DNA of 64,000 nucleotides from a virus. Taxonomy: Duplodnaviria; Heunggongvirae; Uroviricota; Caudoviricetes. This document shows positions 1 to 10,000 of the stretch, piece by piece; position 1 is the first letter of the stretch; each line of letters starts with the position of its first letter. The notes beneath the pieces were generated by a model, which worked only from the letters and a program-made list of their open reading frames with translations, was not told the DNA's origin and did not search any database. The stretch lies in the IMG/VR virus record IMGVR_UViG_3300032007_000002; one strand, 5' to 3'. The position numbers were made by a program, and so were the translations under genes.

Positions 1-313
1 AGTTCTGCGCCATCGGCTGCATCATCGTTGACAGCAGCATCGCCATCCCTAACTCGGATGCAGGCTCGCGGCGATATACCGGATCCGGCTCGCCCTTCTG
101 TTCCTCGCGGACAGCCTGGACATTGCGCTCATGCTGCTTCTTGAAATTGTCGTTAAATTCCTTTTCGGTATCGTGGTCGGCCAGCGCAGCAAGCACGTTG
201 GTATAAATCGTGTCGCCTATATACGGCAACGCGACATTAAGCTCCTGAACCATCAGGTTCGGATTCTTGACGTCCTGTGACGCGGTTTGCTTTGTTGTAT
301 TCTGTTCAGCCAT
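1..313 (-). CDS. Partial late gene running off the left edge (MAEQNTTKQTASQDVKNPNL...); hypothetical virion protein
   Basis: Hand translation from the ATG at 313 is open to the window edge; TATAAACT motif upstream at 338-345. Not in the ORF track because it is truncated. Confidence 0.7.
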   Translation of the reverse strand, partial: MAEQNTTKQTASQDVKNPNLMVQELNVALPYIGDTIYTNVLAALADHDTEKEFNDNFKKQHERNVQAVREEQKGEPDPVYRREPASELGMAMLLSTMMQPMAQN

Positions 314-364
314 GACGACCCGTTACCACGCATCCCTAGTTTATATCCGCGAGGGGTCCATGAC

Positions 365-393
365 AAACAAGACGGCCGCCCGAAGGCGGCCGT
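365..393 (-). terminator. Intrinsic terminator after the methylase gene
   Basis: Minus strand reads ACGGCCGCC-TTCG-GGCGGCCGT then CTTGTTT; C(UUCG)G tetraloop. Confidence 0.75.
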
Positions 394-412
394 GGGACTT
401 GGAAAACTGCCG

Positions 413-1258
413 TTACTGGCGTGAAAAACGGCAGTACAGGCTTTCCTTGACGTGTACTATCTTTCCATTGCCGATTATCCGGCGGAACGACGACCCTCCG
501 CTGTCAATGAGCAGACGCTCGCCATAGATGTCTTCCGGGACATGGACGGTGTAGTCCTCTCCCTCTACCTCGCCGTCGAAACTCATGCAATAGTCGCACG
601 GGAGTTCGCGGAGATACGAATACAGGGCATCGCAGTCGATGGACCCGTAATACATGCCCTTCGTGTGGGCATACGGCGGGTCCAGATACATGAAGTCGTT
701 CGGGCCCGGCTTCACGCCGAGATACGTCCCGTGGTTGAAAACGACGTTGAACTCGTTCAGCTTGGATGACCATTCCCCGATGATGCGGTCCATCGTGTCG
801 GGGTGCATGCCGTTACGCGTCACATGGAACGAGTTGTTGAACTCTCCCTGCGCATTGTATCGGGGCATGCCGTTGGTCGTCGTCCGCATGATGAAGAACA
901 GGAACCTGGGGTCATGCCGCTCGTTGAACGATGCCCGGACATCGGCAAAGTACGCCTTCTTGCGTTCAAGATCGTCGTCCGCGTTCAGCTCGGTCCACAG
1001 ATGGCGATACGAACGCCGGATGTCGTCGGGCGAATGCTTGACGAGACGATACAGCTCGATTAGCGGCGCGTTCAGGTCACTGCACACATAATACTTGAAC
1101 TTCTCCGGGCAGTTGTTCAGTATGTAGAACAGAACGGAACAGCCACCGCAGAAAGGCTCGTAGTACGTGTTATACGAGCCCTTTACCGAGGCCAGGATGG
1201 CAGCGGCCTGCGACCGCTTCGACCCGGACCACTTGACGAGTGGATCAAGCCTTCCCAT
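413..1258 (-). CDS. dam: Dam-family (D12 class) N6-adenine DNA methyltransferase
   Basis: KWSGSK, YYEPFCGG (motif I), SDLN, RYNAQGEFN and YLDPPY (motif IV). Confidence 0.92.
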   Translation of the reverse strand: MGRLDPLVKWSGSKRSQAAAILASVKGSYNTYYEPFCGGCSVLFYILNNCPEKFKYYVCSDLNAPLIELYRLVKHSPDDIRRSYRHLWTELNADDDLERKKAYFADVRASFNERHDPRFLFFIMRTTTNGMPRYNAQGEFNNSFHVTRNGMHPDTMDRIIGEWSSKLNEFNVVFNHGTYLGVKPGPNDFMYLDPPYAHTKGMYYGSIDCDALYSYLRELPCDYCMSFDGEVEGEDYTVHVPEDIYGERLLIDSGGSSFRRIIGNGKIVHVKESLYCRFSRQ

Positions 1259-1431
1259 CAGTAGTCAAACTTCCCGCGACGTTCTTTCGCATACTTGTTG
1301 CGTTCACCTGCGAGCTTCTTCGCGTCGAACCCGCACTGCTTGCCGAAGGAGCGGGCCAGCTTGGACTGCTTTGCCCAGCGGGCGTTCTTCTGTTCTTCGG
1401 TCTCAAATTCCTTTTTCTGTTTGTCCTTCAT
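1258..1431 (-). CDS. Small basic hypothetical protein, 57 aa (MKDKQKKEFETEEQKNARWAKQSK...GKFDY)
   Basis: GGAG RBS upstream; its TGA overlaps the dam ATG; below the ORF-track cutoff. Confidence 0.7.
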   Translation of the reverse strand: MKDKQKKEFETEEQKNARWAKQSKLARSFGKQCGFDAKKLAGERNKYAKERRGKFDY

Positions 1432-1440
1432 TTGTTCTCC

Positions 1441-1640
1441 TTAAAGCGATTGGGTTTCCCTCGGTCTCATGTAAAGCCGCTGGTATTCCTTGATTGCGTA
1501 GTCGCGCAATACAAAGAACTCCGGCAACAGCATACGGTCGCAGTCGGCACTCGTGTTCGACGTAATCTGCGAGATGACCGCCTTGTCGTGCGCCACGTCC
1601 TCCGGCCTATATACCGGAAACGTACTGGTCGGTACGAAAG
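1441..1640 (-). CDS. Short downstream segment of the tail/baseplate chaperone, possibly a frameshift extension
   Basis: Open frame overlapping the end of 1607..2953 and filling the gap to the next RBS; no well-spaced RBS/start of its own. Confidence 0.5.
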
Positions 1641-2953
1641 GGATATACAATATCCACCTTTGCACCGCACACGGGGCAGACATGGATGACATGGTTTTCG
1701 GCGATGAGCGAATGGGAGTTCACGCTGTCGAACAAGATGTGGTAGTCATCAATGTTTCGGAGGTTGCGAAGGTAGTTGAACTTCGCAAGGTGGCGTTTCT
1801 TCTCATCCGGGTCGTCGATACCCTCGATTTCGATTACGGCTGCCGTCGCCGAAAGCTGCATGTGGGCCGTCTTCGGGGTCACGCCGTATGTCGCGACATA
1901 GTCCTTCAACCATTCCTGCATCGGCTGGTCGTGACGGCGCTTGCGCGGGTACACGTTGCACTCGCGACCGTCGCTGAAATGGAAGACGAAATAGCCTTCC
2001 GGCATGCTGGCCACAAGTTCCTTCGGATCGATGTTGGTTCGGAAGTCCATGTTCTTGAAGGAAATCTGGTAATCCGGGGATGTCTCCGCATATCCGCACT
2101 CGTGGCACTTGAAGCCGTCAGGATATGGAATCCCGATGTTCGGGAATGACGATATGCGGAGCCACTGGAAGATATATGCCTCGTCACACCACATGATTTC
2201 GCCCGGGAGGACGCCCTTCACGCGGCGCTGGAGGATTTCGTCGAAGATGTCCACAGTGTCATACGGCGTGGCGCCAGACAGGAGGAGGATGTCTTCGAGG
2301 GAAAGGCACTGGCCATAGACCGCGTTCTTGTAGAACAGACCCCTCGACGGAAGCGCCGTGATGAGCGAGTATGCGTCATAGTTGCGGCGTTCGGCGCCCA
2401 TGTTGTGGGGAACCGAGTTGTCCACCTGGTGTACAATCGGGGCCGGCTGCGGCTGGGGTTCCGGTGCGGGTGCAGGTTCCTGGCCGTATGCGGGGATGCC
2501 GGTAAGAATCGGATCGGGAATATGGCGCTCGGGAGCAGGGGCTTCCGGGAGCTGCATTGCCGCTGCCGGGATTTTCGGGAACTTCCTCGGGGCCGGGCGC
2601 TCGACACGGTCAGCCGGAACATACTCGGGCGGGAGCTGCGGCGATTGCTGAACGGCCTCGATTTCCTTGGACGGCTCCTCGGCAGGAACTGCTTCCTGTG
2701 CCGGAACCTGGCGCACCATCGGGCGCTTCCTGCGGGGAGGCTTCGGTGCAAGCGCAGCGCCCTGATCGAGTTTGGAGTTCATCCGGGCCATCATCTGGGC
2801 AGGAGTTTCCCCTTCCTGGAAATCCCCGTGCAGTTCGGCGCTCTTCTCTCGCGCAGCGTTCACATACGCGGCGACTTCCGGCGGAAGCTGAACTTCGCCA
2901 GCCTGCGGGACGCGTTCCGCCTGCGGAACCTGCTTGACCATGTTGTTCATCAT
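1607..2953 (-). CDS. Baseplate hub / tail assembly chaperone (T4 gp26/gp51-like) with a Pro-rich N-terminal extension
   Basis: LPSRGLFY motif, EDILLL, two CxxC pairs (CHECG, CPVCG); lies downstream of sheath and tube. Confidence 0.65.
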   Translation of the reverse strand: MMNNMVKQVPQAERVPQAGEVQLPPEVAAYVNAAREKSAELHGDFQEGETPAQMMARMNSKLDQGAALAPKPPRRKRPMVRQVPAQEAVPAEEPSKEIEAVQQSPQLPPEYVPADRVERPAPRKFPKIPAAAMQLPEAPAPERHIPDPILTGIPAYGQEPAPAPEPQPQPAPIVHQVDNSVPHNMGAERRNYDAYSLITALPSRGLFYKNAVYGQCLSLEDILLLSGATPYDTVDIFDEILQRRVKGVLPGEIMWCDEAYIFQWLRISSFPNIGIPYPDGFKCHECGYAETSPDYQISFKNMDFRTNIDPKELVASMPEGYFVFHFSDGRECNVYPRKRRHDQPMQEWLKDYVATYGVTPKTAHMQLSATAAVIEIEGIDDPDEKKRHLAKFNYLRNLRNIDDYHILFDSVNSHSLIAENHVIHVCPVCGAKVDIVYPFRTDQYVSGI

Positions 2954-3216
2954 TCCTCCGATACGAGCTCGTAATGGTATCGCGGACCGTTATACTGCTC
3001 GCCGTTCTTGAAAGTGCAGGACAGCTGCTCGCCGTCCTTGCAAGACTTGTTTCCGGCATCGACGGCCTCCTGGGCCTGTACCGGGTTGGTATAACCCTGT
3101 CCGAGAGAGACAAGGGTCTTCCCTACGGGAAGGGACCCGTCAACCGGATCCCCAAAGCCGTTAAGCTCGCGCCTGGCGAACATCACCAGGTCATAACGGG
3201 CCGCGTAGTACATCAC
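2950..3216 (-). CDS. Hypothetical protein, 88 aa
   Basis: Translationally coupled by 4-nt overlaps to both neighbours. Confidence 0.7.
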   Translation of the reverse strand: MMYYAARYDLVMFARRELNGFGDPVDGSLPVGKTLVSLGQGYTNPVQAQEAVDAGNKSCKDGEQLSCTFKNGEQYNGPRYHYELVSEE

Positions 3217-4688
3217 TTCGCGGCTTCCCCCGCTTCGATGGCTTCCGCCGCGGTGTCACCATCAGCAAGCATCTTCTTGATGGTGTCGGCACGTTCGGCA
3301 GAAACGAGCTTACCGCACATCACGCCGTAGTAGCTACCCATGATGGCGTCGCTGCCGACCATTCTGGTGTCAAGCAACTTGCGCTGTTTTTCGTGGGCGT
3401 TGTCCCAGCTTACGCAGGAACTCCACTTGGTGATGAGGGCCACGAACTTTTCGACCGTGATGGAGTGGCCGAAAGTGAGGCCGGTTTCCTTACAGATATG
3501 GACACCGTCATCGTAGTTGATGTCGTCAATCTGCGCGATTGCGACGGCACCGCATGCGACAGCTTCGAGAGCGTCCGTATCGGCATCGGCGACACAGTAG
3601 ATGCAGTCTGCCGGGTCATCCGGCATCGTGAGGATGACGAAGTCGAACGGCACGTCACGCTCGACAGCCTGCGTATGCAGGAGAGCGCGGTCGCTGAGAT
3701 TCGGGTGGGACCAGTGGACGATGTTCTTGATCTTCCCTTCGCAGAGAAGTTTGTACACGCGTTCCTGGAGGACGCCACCGGTGGAAATCGTGATGTCGGC
3801 CTTGTCGTGATAGTAGAAGATGTAGTTCTGGAGGGCGGTCGGGATAACCGGGCCCTTGAAGAGGATTTTCGGCTTGCGGATGCTGGAAGAGTTGCTGCCG
3901 GCACGCTTGAAAATCTTGTTGACCGGGTAGAAGCGTTCGCTCATGAACGTCGGGACAACGGCGATGTCCTTGTTGCCGACAAAGCGGAACGTACCGATGA
4001 GCTTTGCCATCTGGGTGTTCGGGACAACGAGGGCGTCACAGGACACGATGAGGTCTTCCACCGTCTTGACGTAGTTGACGGTATTGCTGCGGCCACTGCC
4101 AATCGGGCCTTCCCAGATAAATTCGTCGAGCGCGTAGATGAAACGGGTCGAGGAGATTGCGCGATATTCGGCAACATCCGCCAGGTATTCGTCACGTTCC
4201 TTAACGATTTCCTTGAGGGCCTTGGCGGCAGCCTGTTCTTCGTCGGTTTCCGTATGGTCAGGGCCACCGGCAGCGACTTCTGCTGCGGCAACCGCTTCTT
4301 CATACTTCTTGGAAGCTGCGGCAATTTCCTTTTCGAAGTCGTCAAGGTCTTCCTTCCAGCCAGGAAGGACATCTTCCGTTATGCGGAGGCGCTGTTCGTC
4401 AACAATGCGGGAAAGCTCACGGTTGGCGACGTTGTCGAACCACACGATGCTGAACTTGGAGAAGTCCGGCTTGAGCTGGCATGCGCGGGTGCTGTCCATC
4501 GTGACGAGGGAAATCTTGGCCGTCTTGCCGCTCGAATCGTAGAAACGGGCAAAATCTTCCATGGCAGTGATGCCGCGGAGATTATACATACGGGATGCGC
4601 CGTCTGTGATGAAGAGAATGTCGAAACGGTCAACCTGCTTGACGCGTTCGGCAACCTTCTGTTTAAGCATTTCCTTAATATCTGGCAT
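3213..4688 (-). CDS. Divergent GT-B (GT4-like) glycosyltransferase-fold protein with a coiled-coil insertion
   Basis: FIYALDEFIW, CDALVVPNTQMAKLI and DIAVVPTF match the spacing of phage GT4-like proteins; GAGG RBS. Confidence 0.55.
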   Translation of the reverse strand: MPDIKEMLKQKVAERVKQVDRFDILFITDGASRMYNLRGITAMEDFARFYDSSGKTAKISLVTMDSTRACQLKPDFSKFSIVWFDNVANRELSRIVDEQRLRITEDVLPGWKEDLDDFEKEIAAASKKYEEAVAAAEVAAGGPDHTETDEEQAAAKALKEIVKERDEYLADVAEYRAISSTRFIYALDEFIWEGPIGSGRSNTVNYVKTVEDLIVSCDALVVPNTQMAKLIGTFRFVGNKDIAVVPTFMSERFYPVNKIFKRAGSNSSSIRKPKILFKGPVIPTALQNYIFYYHDKADITISTGGVLQERVYKLLCEGKIKNIVHWSHPNLSDRALLHTQAVERDVPFDFVILTMPDDPADCIYCVADADTDALEAVACGAVAIAQIDDINYDDGVHICKETGLTFGHSITVEKFVALITKWSSCVSWDNAHEKQRKLLDTRMVGSDAIMGSYYGVMCGKLVSAERADTIKKMLADGDTAAEAIEAGEAAK

Positions 4689-4709
4689 TGTAGTACCTCA
4701 TTTATGGCA

Positions 4710-4724
4710 GAAAACTAGGTTTTC
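4710..4724 (-). promoter_or_regulatory. Class 2 motif GAAAACCTAGTTTTC, overlapping the upstream stop codon
   Basis: The AACCTAGTTT core recurs at 21165, 24151, 25131, 47718, 48498 and 60214, always on the coding strand ahead of a start. Confidence 0.75.
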
Positions 4725-5488
4725 TGTTCAATCAGTTTCGTCCCTTCCGAACTTTCGTCGGTAATCTGTGCGGGGGACCGGCTTGCGAACTCCCGGTCAA
4801 GGTCTTCCTTGCGCTTCTCCTCGGCCTTCTTGTCCCAAAGTTCGACAAGGTCGGCCATCTGGGTCGGGCTGAAATCGTAGGTCTGGTTCTCGACGTCCTC
4901 CTCCTTGACCTCGGGCTTGACATACTTCTCGTCGTAGTGTTCGCCTTCCTCGCGCAGCACCTGGACAACCTTGATCAGCTTGTCAAGGGACTGCTGGACG
5001 GAGTTCACCATCGTGGCGATGGCCGTGCACATGTTGGGCGGAGGGGAAACCGTGCCCATGAAGGTTTCCTTCATGGACATGAACAGCTCCTTGACATTCT
5101 CGTACATCTCGAACGCTTCCGACCTGATGCGCTCACGGTCGGAACGCAGCTGTTCCGGGTCAATCTTGGCATAGCCCTTGGCGACCTGCTGCTGGGCAGC
5201 GACGACATTGTTTGCCTGGTTCTGGAAGGAAGCTGCCGTCTTAGCGATGTTGGTCGTGTTCTTTTTCAGCACGGCAAGCGCCTGTTCGGTGGAGCCGTCA
5301 GGCAACCGCAGCTTGCTTTCGATTACCGCAAACGGGTTGGGTTTCTGTTTTGCAGCCCGGGGCGTAGGACGTTCGTCCATGCCGGCAAAGTCAATCGGGC
5401 CGGCGTCGACAGGCGGCTCATCCCCGTCCGACGTAAAGTCAAACGAGTGGAAAAAGTCCGTCGGCTGTATCTGCGAGTTCTGATCCAT
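4715..5488 (-). CDS. Hypothetical protein, possible terminase small subunit (gp16-like)
   Basis: Helix-Pro turn-helix core (RSDRERIRSEAFEM...PPPNM...LDKLIKV) and a C-terminal DFSPTQMADLV reminiscent of T4-like gp16; weak call. Confidence 0.4.
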   Translation of the reverse strand: MDQNSQIQPTDFFHSFDFTSDGDEPPVDAGPIDFAGMDERPTPRAAKQKPNPFAVIESKLRLPDGSTEQALAVLKKNTTNIAKTAASFQNQANNVVAAQQQVAKGYAKIDPEQLRSDRERIRSEAFEMYENVKELFMSMKETFMGTVSPPPNMCTAIATMVNSVQQSLDKLIKVVQVLREEGEHYDEKYVKPEVKEEDVENQTYDFSPTQMADLVELWDKKAEEKRKEDLDREFASRSPAQITDESSEGTKLIEQKT

Positions 5489-5491
5489 TTG

Positions 5492-6178
5492 CTATCCTGA
5501 TTTCTTCCGGTATTTATTCCATTCGTTTTCATCCGGGATAATCTTGCCGATTTCCACGCCGAACTGATAGACCGCTGTAAGGGCCTTCGCATTGCTGGGG
5601 TAATACCGTATCTGTTCTTGCCCAGCTTTCAGGAAATCAATGTATTCCTGCTGCCGGTCAACCATAGATTGGAGTTTAGAGACAGAATACTTGTCGAGTG
5701 CACGCATCTCGTCCGTATCGCCGTCTATATTGGTCTCCGTGTTGCCCTCAACGAGCGTATTTATCTCCGAGTTCGTAGGAGACCAGCCGATGCGCGTGTT
5801 GCGCATGCGTTCCAGCGTCCTTGCCTTCTTCTCGCGGAGCATCTTCTGCATGCTTTCCAGGCGGAGCTTTTCCTGCATGACGAGACCGGCCATCTCGATT
5901 GCGGCCGCGCCCATGTTGTATGTGCCGTTATAGACCATCTTGTGCAGGTCCGGGTCGCCCTCCTCGTTCGTGGAGTCCAGGGTGGCCATGAGGAAATCCC
6001 TGACCTTGATAATCTTCTCGTCCGTCTGGAGTTCCGAAATCGGGACACCCTTGGTCCGCTTCGGCTTCGGCTTAGGTGCCGACGCCACGACCTGCTCCTG
6101 CTGGGCCGTAAATTGCTGGGTAGCCTGTCTGGCCATCGCATCGGTGGCCTGCTTATATGCTGCAAATGGATCACTCAT
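5492..6178 (-). CDS. uvsY: UvsY-like recombination mediator
   Basis: TNSEINTLVEG...QEYIDFLKAGQEQIRYYPSNAKALTAVYQF parallels the T4 UvsY C-terminus; start taken at MSDPF just after a promoter motif. Confidence 0.6.
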   Translation of the reverse strand: MSDPFAAYKQATDAMARQATQQFTAQQEQVVASAPKPKPKRTKGVPISELQTDEKIIKVRDFLMATLDSTNEEGDPDLHKMVYNGTYNMGAAAIEMAGLVMQEKLRLESMQKMLREKKARTLERMRNTRIGWSPTNSEINTLVEGNTETNIDGDTDEMRALDKYSVSKLQSMVDRQQEYIDFLKAGQEQIRYYPSNAKALTAVYQFGVEIGKIIPDENEWNKYRKKSG

Positions 6179-6182
6179 GTCC

Positions 6183-6196
6183 AAAATATACCAAAA
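6183..6196 (-). promoter_or_regulatory. Class 1 promoter variant TTTTGGTATATTTT
   Basis: One mismatch to the recurring TTTTGCTATATTT; lies between a terminator and the ATG. Confidence 0.65.
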
Positions 6197-6211
6197 TTGG
6201 GGACCAAATAC

Positions 6212-6239
6212 AAGAAAGCCGGCCATCGCTGGCCGGCTT
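6212..6239 (-). terminator. Intrinsic terminator after the tail tube gene
   Basis: AAGCCGGCCA-4 nt-TGGCCGGCTT stem followed by TCTT on the minus strand. Confidence 0.75.
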
Positions 6240-6265
6240 GTGGGAGCTGAAACGTGTCCGGTTGA

Positions 6266-7024
6266 TTACGGCTTGTCACCCACAACTACATAGCCCTTCT
6301 TCGGGACGTAGATGTTCGGGCGGTCATACGCGAACGTTGCCGTCCACGTAGCGATGTCCGCCTGTTCCTTGTACTCCGGCGTCTGGTCAATCTTGACCTC
6401 GAACGGCCAGGCGTTGACGTAGCACACGCTCATGATGCAGTTGAGGTGGTGCCAGTCGAACATCTCGCAACGGATTGCCGCGTTGCGGAGAAGGCCGGAA
6501 TACTCGTTGCCGTAGTTCGCCTGCTGGCCAGCACCAAGATAAATCTTGTTGTTGCCTTCATTCGTCGTGCGGCTAGAGTCGGAGTCGAGCATCGCCGTGG
6601 TCGGGCTTTCGGAAAGAAGGCCGCAGTTGAAGAGCTGCTCCTTCCAGGCGACGAGCGTCTCGTAGGCCTTCAAGTCCTCATAGAGGTAGCCCTTGATGCT
6701 GAACTGGCCGGCAATGCCTTCCTGTCCAACGGGGACCTGGTGAGGGAAGTTCGAGTACACGATGCTCTTCTTGGCGATCTTGACGTTCGGCAGTTCCGGC
6801 ATCTTCAAGATGCGGATTGCGAACTCATGCTCACCGCCGCTGTTGGCGAACGAGTCCCCGTTGGAGGGCTCAACGCCGACAAGGCCGAAGATGCTGGTCG
6901 GGATGACCAAGCGTGCACGGGTGGTGCGCCACGGATCCGTGAGATGGTCAATGGCGCCGCCCCAGAAGGCGACCTTTTTCTGCTCTTCCGAGAGGGTATT
7001 GTATATTCCTTCGCTTCTTGCCAT
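6266..7024 (-). CDS. Tail tube protein (T4 gp19-like)
   Basis: Directly follows the sheath gene; ELPNV, AYETLVAW, NAWPFEV and WTATFAYD are gp19-family motifs. Confidence 0.8.
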   Translation of the reverse strand: MARSEGIYNTLSEEQKKVAFWGGAIDHLTDPWRTTRARLVIPTSIFGLVGVEPSNGDSFANSGGEHEFAIRILKMPELPNVKIAKKSIVYSNFPHQVPVGQEGIAGQFSIKGYLYEDLKAYETLVAWKEQLFNCGLLSESPTTAMLDSDSSRTTNEGNNKIYLGAGQQANYGNEYSGLLRNAAIRCEMFDWHHLNCIMSVCYVNAWPFEVKIDQTPEYKEQADIATWTATFAYDRPNIYVPKKGYVVVGDKP

Positions 7025-7036
7025 GATTCATTCTCC

Positions 7037-10000
7037 TTAGATCAGTGCGGTTGTGACCTGGTTGCCGTTTTCAGTCTTCACAAGTTCGGTCTTGAGCTGG
7101 ATCCAGCGGGCCGTCTTGGTCGGGCGAATACGGAGCCAAACATTGAGTTTGCCCTGGTCAATCACCGGTTGCGGGTTGTTGGTTTCGTTACAGATGCACT
7201 CTGCCATGTAGAAGCCGGACGGGCGGGCGTTCTTGATGGAGTCGAGCGATGCCTGGATGGTGGACTGGATGTCCGCACGGACTTCCGGCGTGTTCAGGTC
7301 GAACACGTAGTTGTCCAGGTAGTGGTAGTACATCTTGTGGATGCCGGCCACCAACATCGCAACGTGGATCTGGTTGAACGCAGTGTCTTCCATCTGCAAG
7401 GTCCAGTCGCCCCAGAAGAAGTTGCCCTTCTTGGTGCAGCGCGTCGGGTTGACGTGGATGTTGATGAGCCTTGCGATGTCGGACGTGGTGTCTTCCGGGT
7501 AAGAGTAGCGGCGCGGGTACTTCTCGGAAGTTCCCCATGCGCTCGGGACACCACCCTTCTTCTTACCGGCAGGCGGGTACCAGAAGATGGAGCCGCTGCG
7601 GTTTGCCGTCACGAGGGCAGCAATCTGAACGGACTTGTCGATGTCCACCACGTTGTGCGTGTAGAAGTTGTCCATCACGCGGCCCTTGCCGTCGTAGAGC
7701 GCGGCCCAGCGGCCGAGCGTAGTCGGGAAGGAGGTTGCGCCGTCATACTTCTTCAACGCCTTCGCGATTTCGGCTTCGCCGATACCGCCGAGGAGCGCGA
7801 AACAGTCCTTACGGGCTTCGCAAACCGTCATGATTGCGCTCATGACCTGCGTGTTGAGGGTTTCGATGTCCTTCATGCCGAAGTTGTTGATGTTCGTACC
7901 CGCGGAGACGAGGAACGAGACATCGGAGCCGTCCTTGTCGAGGAACAGGTTCCAGACCGTGGCGAGGGTGCTCGTGGACATGTTGTTGGCAGGCTGGTAA
8001 ACCCACACAGCGTCGTTCACGATAGCCGGGTCATCCGGGTTGAAGGAGATGCAGGTGCTTGAACCGTCGAGAACACCGTTGTAGATGGTCTGGGACAGGT
8101 CGTAGGAGTTGTTGTCCAGGAAGTTGTCGAGCACGCCGCTCTCGTTGAGGAGGAACGACACGCCGGTGTCCGCAAGTTCGAAGCCTGCGGCGTATTCGAT
8201 GGACAGCTGGGTCTGACCGTTGAGCACATACGGGACAACGGTTCCTTCGAACTCATACACGTTTCCGTTGAAGCGATACTGCACGTTGAGGAAGAGACGG
8301 GCGACGTTTTCGCCGTCGGCAGTCAGAGCATACACTTGCTTCGGGTTGCCGGTGAACTCGACGTCCTCATACTTCGTGGTAGCGAGGCCGAGGCCGAGGA
8401 AGGTTGCACCGATTTCAGCGCTTGCGAGGCACTTGCTGGACTTTTCGACGATGTACTGGTCCTTGCCCATACCCGGGTTGATGTAGGCCTTGCCGTCATA
8501 GTCGGCAACGAGCACCAGGTTGGTGTCGGTGACCAACAATGCACCGGTATCGGTTGCAAGGGCCTTGCCCTGGGTGGTCAGGCTGAACTGGGCAGCGTTC
8601 TGGGCAGCCGTCGGAACATAGAGCGAGTAGGCGCCGACCACGAAGAACTGGCCGATGTCAACGCTCTTGGTGAACTGGACCGTGTAGGAGATGCCTTCGC
8701 CGCGGAGCTTTTTCAGCGGGTCCTTGACGATGACAAAGCCACCGGTGAGACCAACCACAGTGAACGTCTGCGGATCCGGGTCAATGTAGGAATTGTCGCC
8801 ATCCGTAATGGCCAGCACGTCCCCGACCTGAACCTTGCCGTCCAAGTCAGTGTTTTCAATGGCCATCTTGGAGCACTCGACACCGTAGGTTTCGACACCG
8901 CCGGAAACTTCGGACCAGGTAGTGTCGTCGAGGGTGAGCACGGTTTCGATGGTATGTGCACTTGCATACACATCCATTGCGGCGCCGGTGAGGTCAATCA
9001 ACTGGTAGAAGTGTTCACCGGCAGTGTCGTCCATGCCTTCCGGGAGGGCGTCAAGGGTGATTTCGCCGGTCATCACGTTGATTGCCGTGATCTTGGCGGT
9101 GCCAACGACCGGGTTGTGCCACTTTTCCATGAACTCGGTAATTTCGGCTTCCGTGTTCACCTTGGTAGTGCCGGAGCCGAGCACGACAGCGACTGAATCG
9201 CCGACAGCGTATTCCAGCGCGGCGCTCGTGTCGAGCTTGAGCTTGTTGGCCTTCAAGTCGAAGGTGACGATGTCGTTCACGACTGCACGGTTGTTGTAAC
9301 CGACCGCGGAAGTGCGGAAGGCCTTGGCGATGGTCTTGACCACGTCGCCCCAGCTCTTTGCGTCGCTGATGTCGGCGAACACGCTGTCAACCTTTTCGCT
9401 GAACTCGGAGATGTAGGAAGATTCGACCGCGATGGAATCGAGGCCGGAACCGTCGAGCTCTTCGTTCGGGGTGCAGAGATACTTGGCAGCATTGGTAACG
9501 GTGACGGCCGTCGTGCTGTATTCGGTGTATGCGCCGGAAGAAGACACGATGAACTTCACTGTGATGACGTCGCCATCAAAGAGGGTCACGTTGCCGTCAG
9601 CATTTTCAATGCGGAACACACCTGCCGGGAGGGCGTTGCCGTCCACGTCAGTGGTCTTGAAGGAGATTGCGCCGAGCGAGTTGAACTCGTTGTTGATGAT
9701 GCGGACCGGGATGATACCGTTGTTGGCATCGTTCACGATGATGCAGGAACCGTTCGGGAGAGAATCCTTGACGGAGAAACGTTCGCCGGCAGCGAAGTCG
9801 GCAATGTTCATCACCGTGAAGGTCTTTGCGCCACGACCGGCAACGGCGGTCTTGACCGTGAGGTAGTCGAAGCCGTCGGCAACAGCAGTCGCGTCGCTGC
9901 AATAGAAGGCAACGGACGGACGGTTGTAGCTTTCCAGGTAGGAGCTGTCATCCGGGGACACGGAAACGTCGAACTCGTCGATTGAGAGAACGGTCGCGCT

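Noticed and set aside
4715-4717. TAG recoding or read-through suggested by the repeated KT-TAG endings
   Set aside because: All core genes are full length in code 11 and several end naturally at TAG; the endings are explained by the overlapping DNA motif.
6446-8062. Long antisense ORFs (this 538-aa ORF; also 13174..14802, 21160..22641, 41736..43706, 52991..54811)
   Set aside because: Shadow frames opposite well-supported genes in GC3-rich DNA, with no motifs, RBS or promoter.
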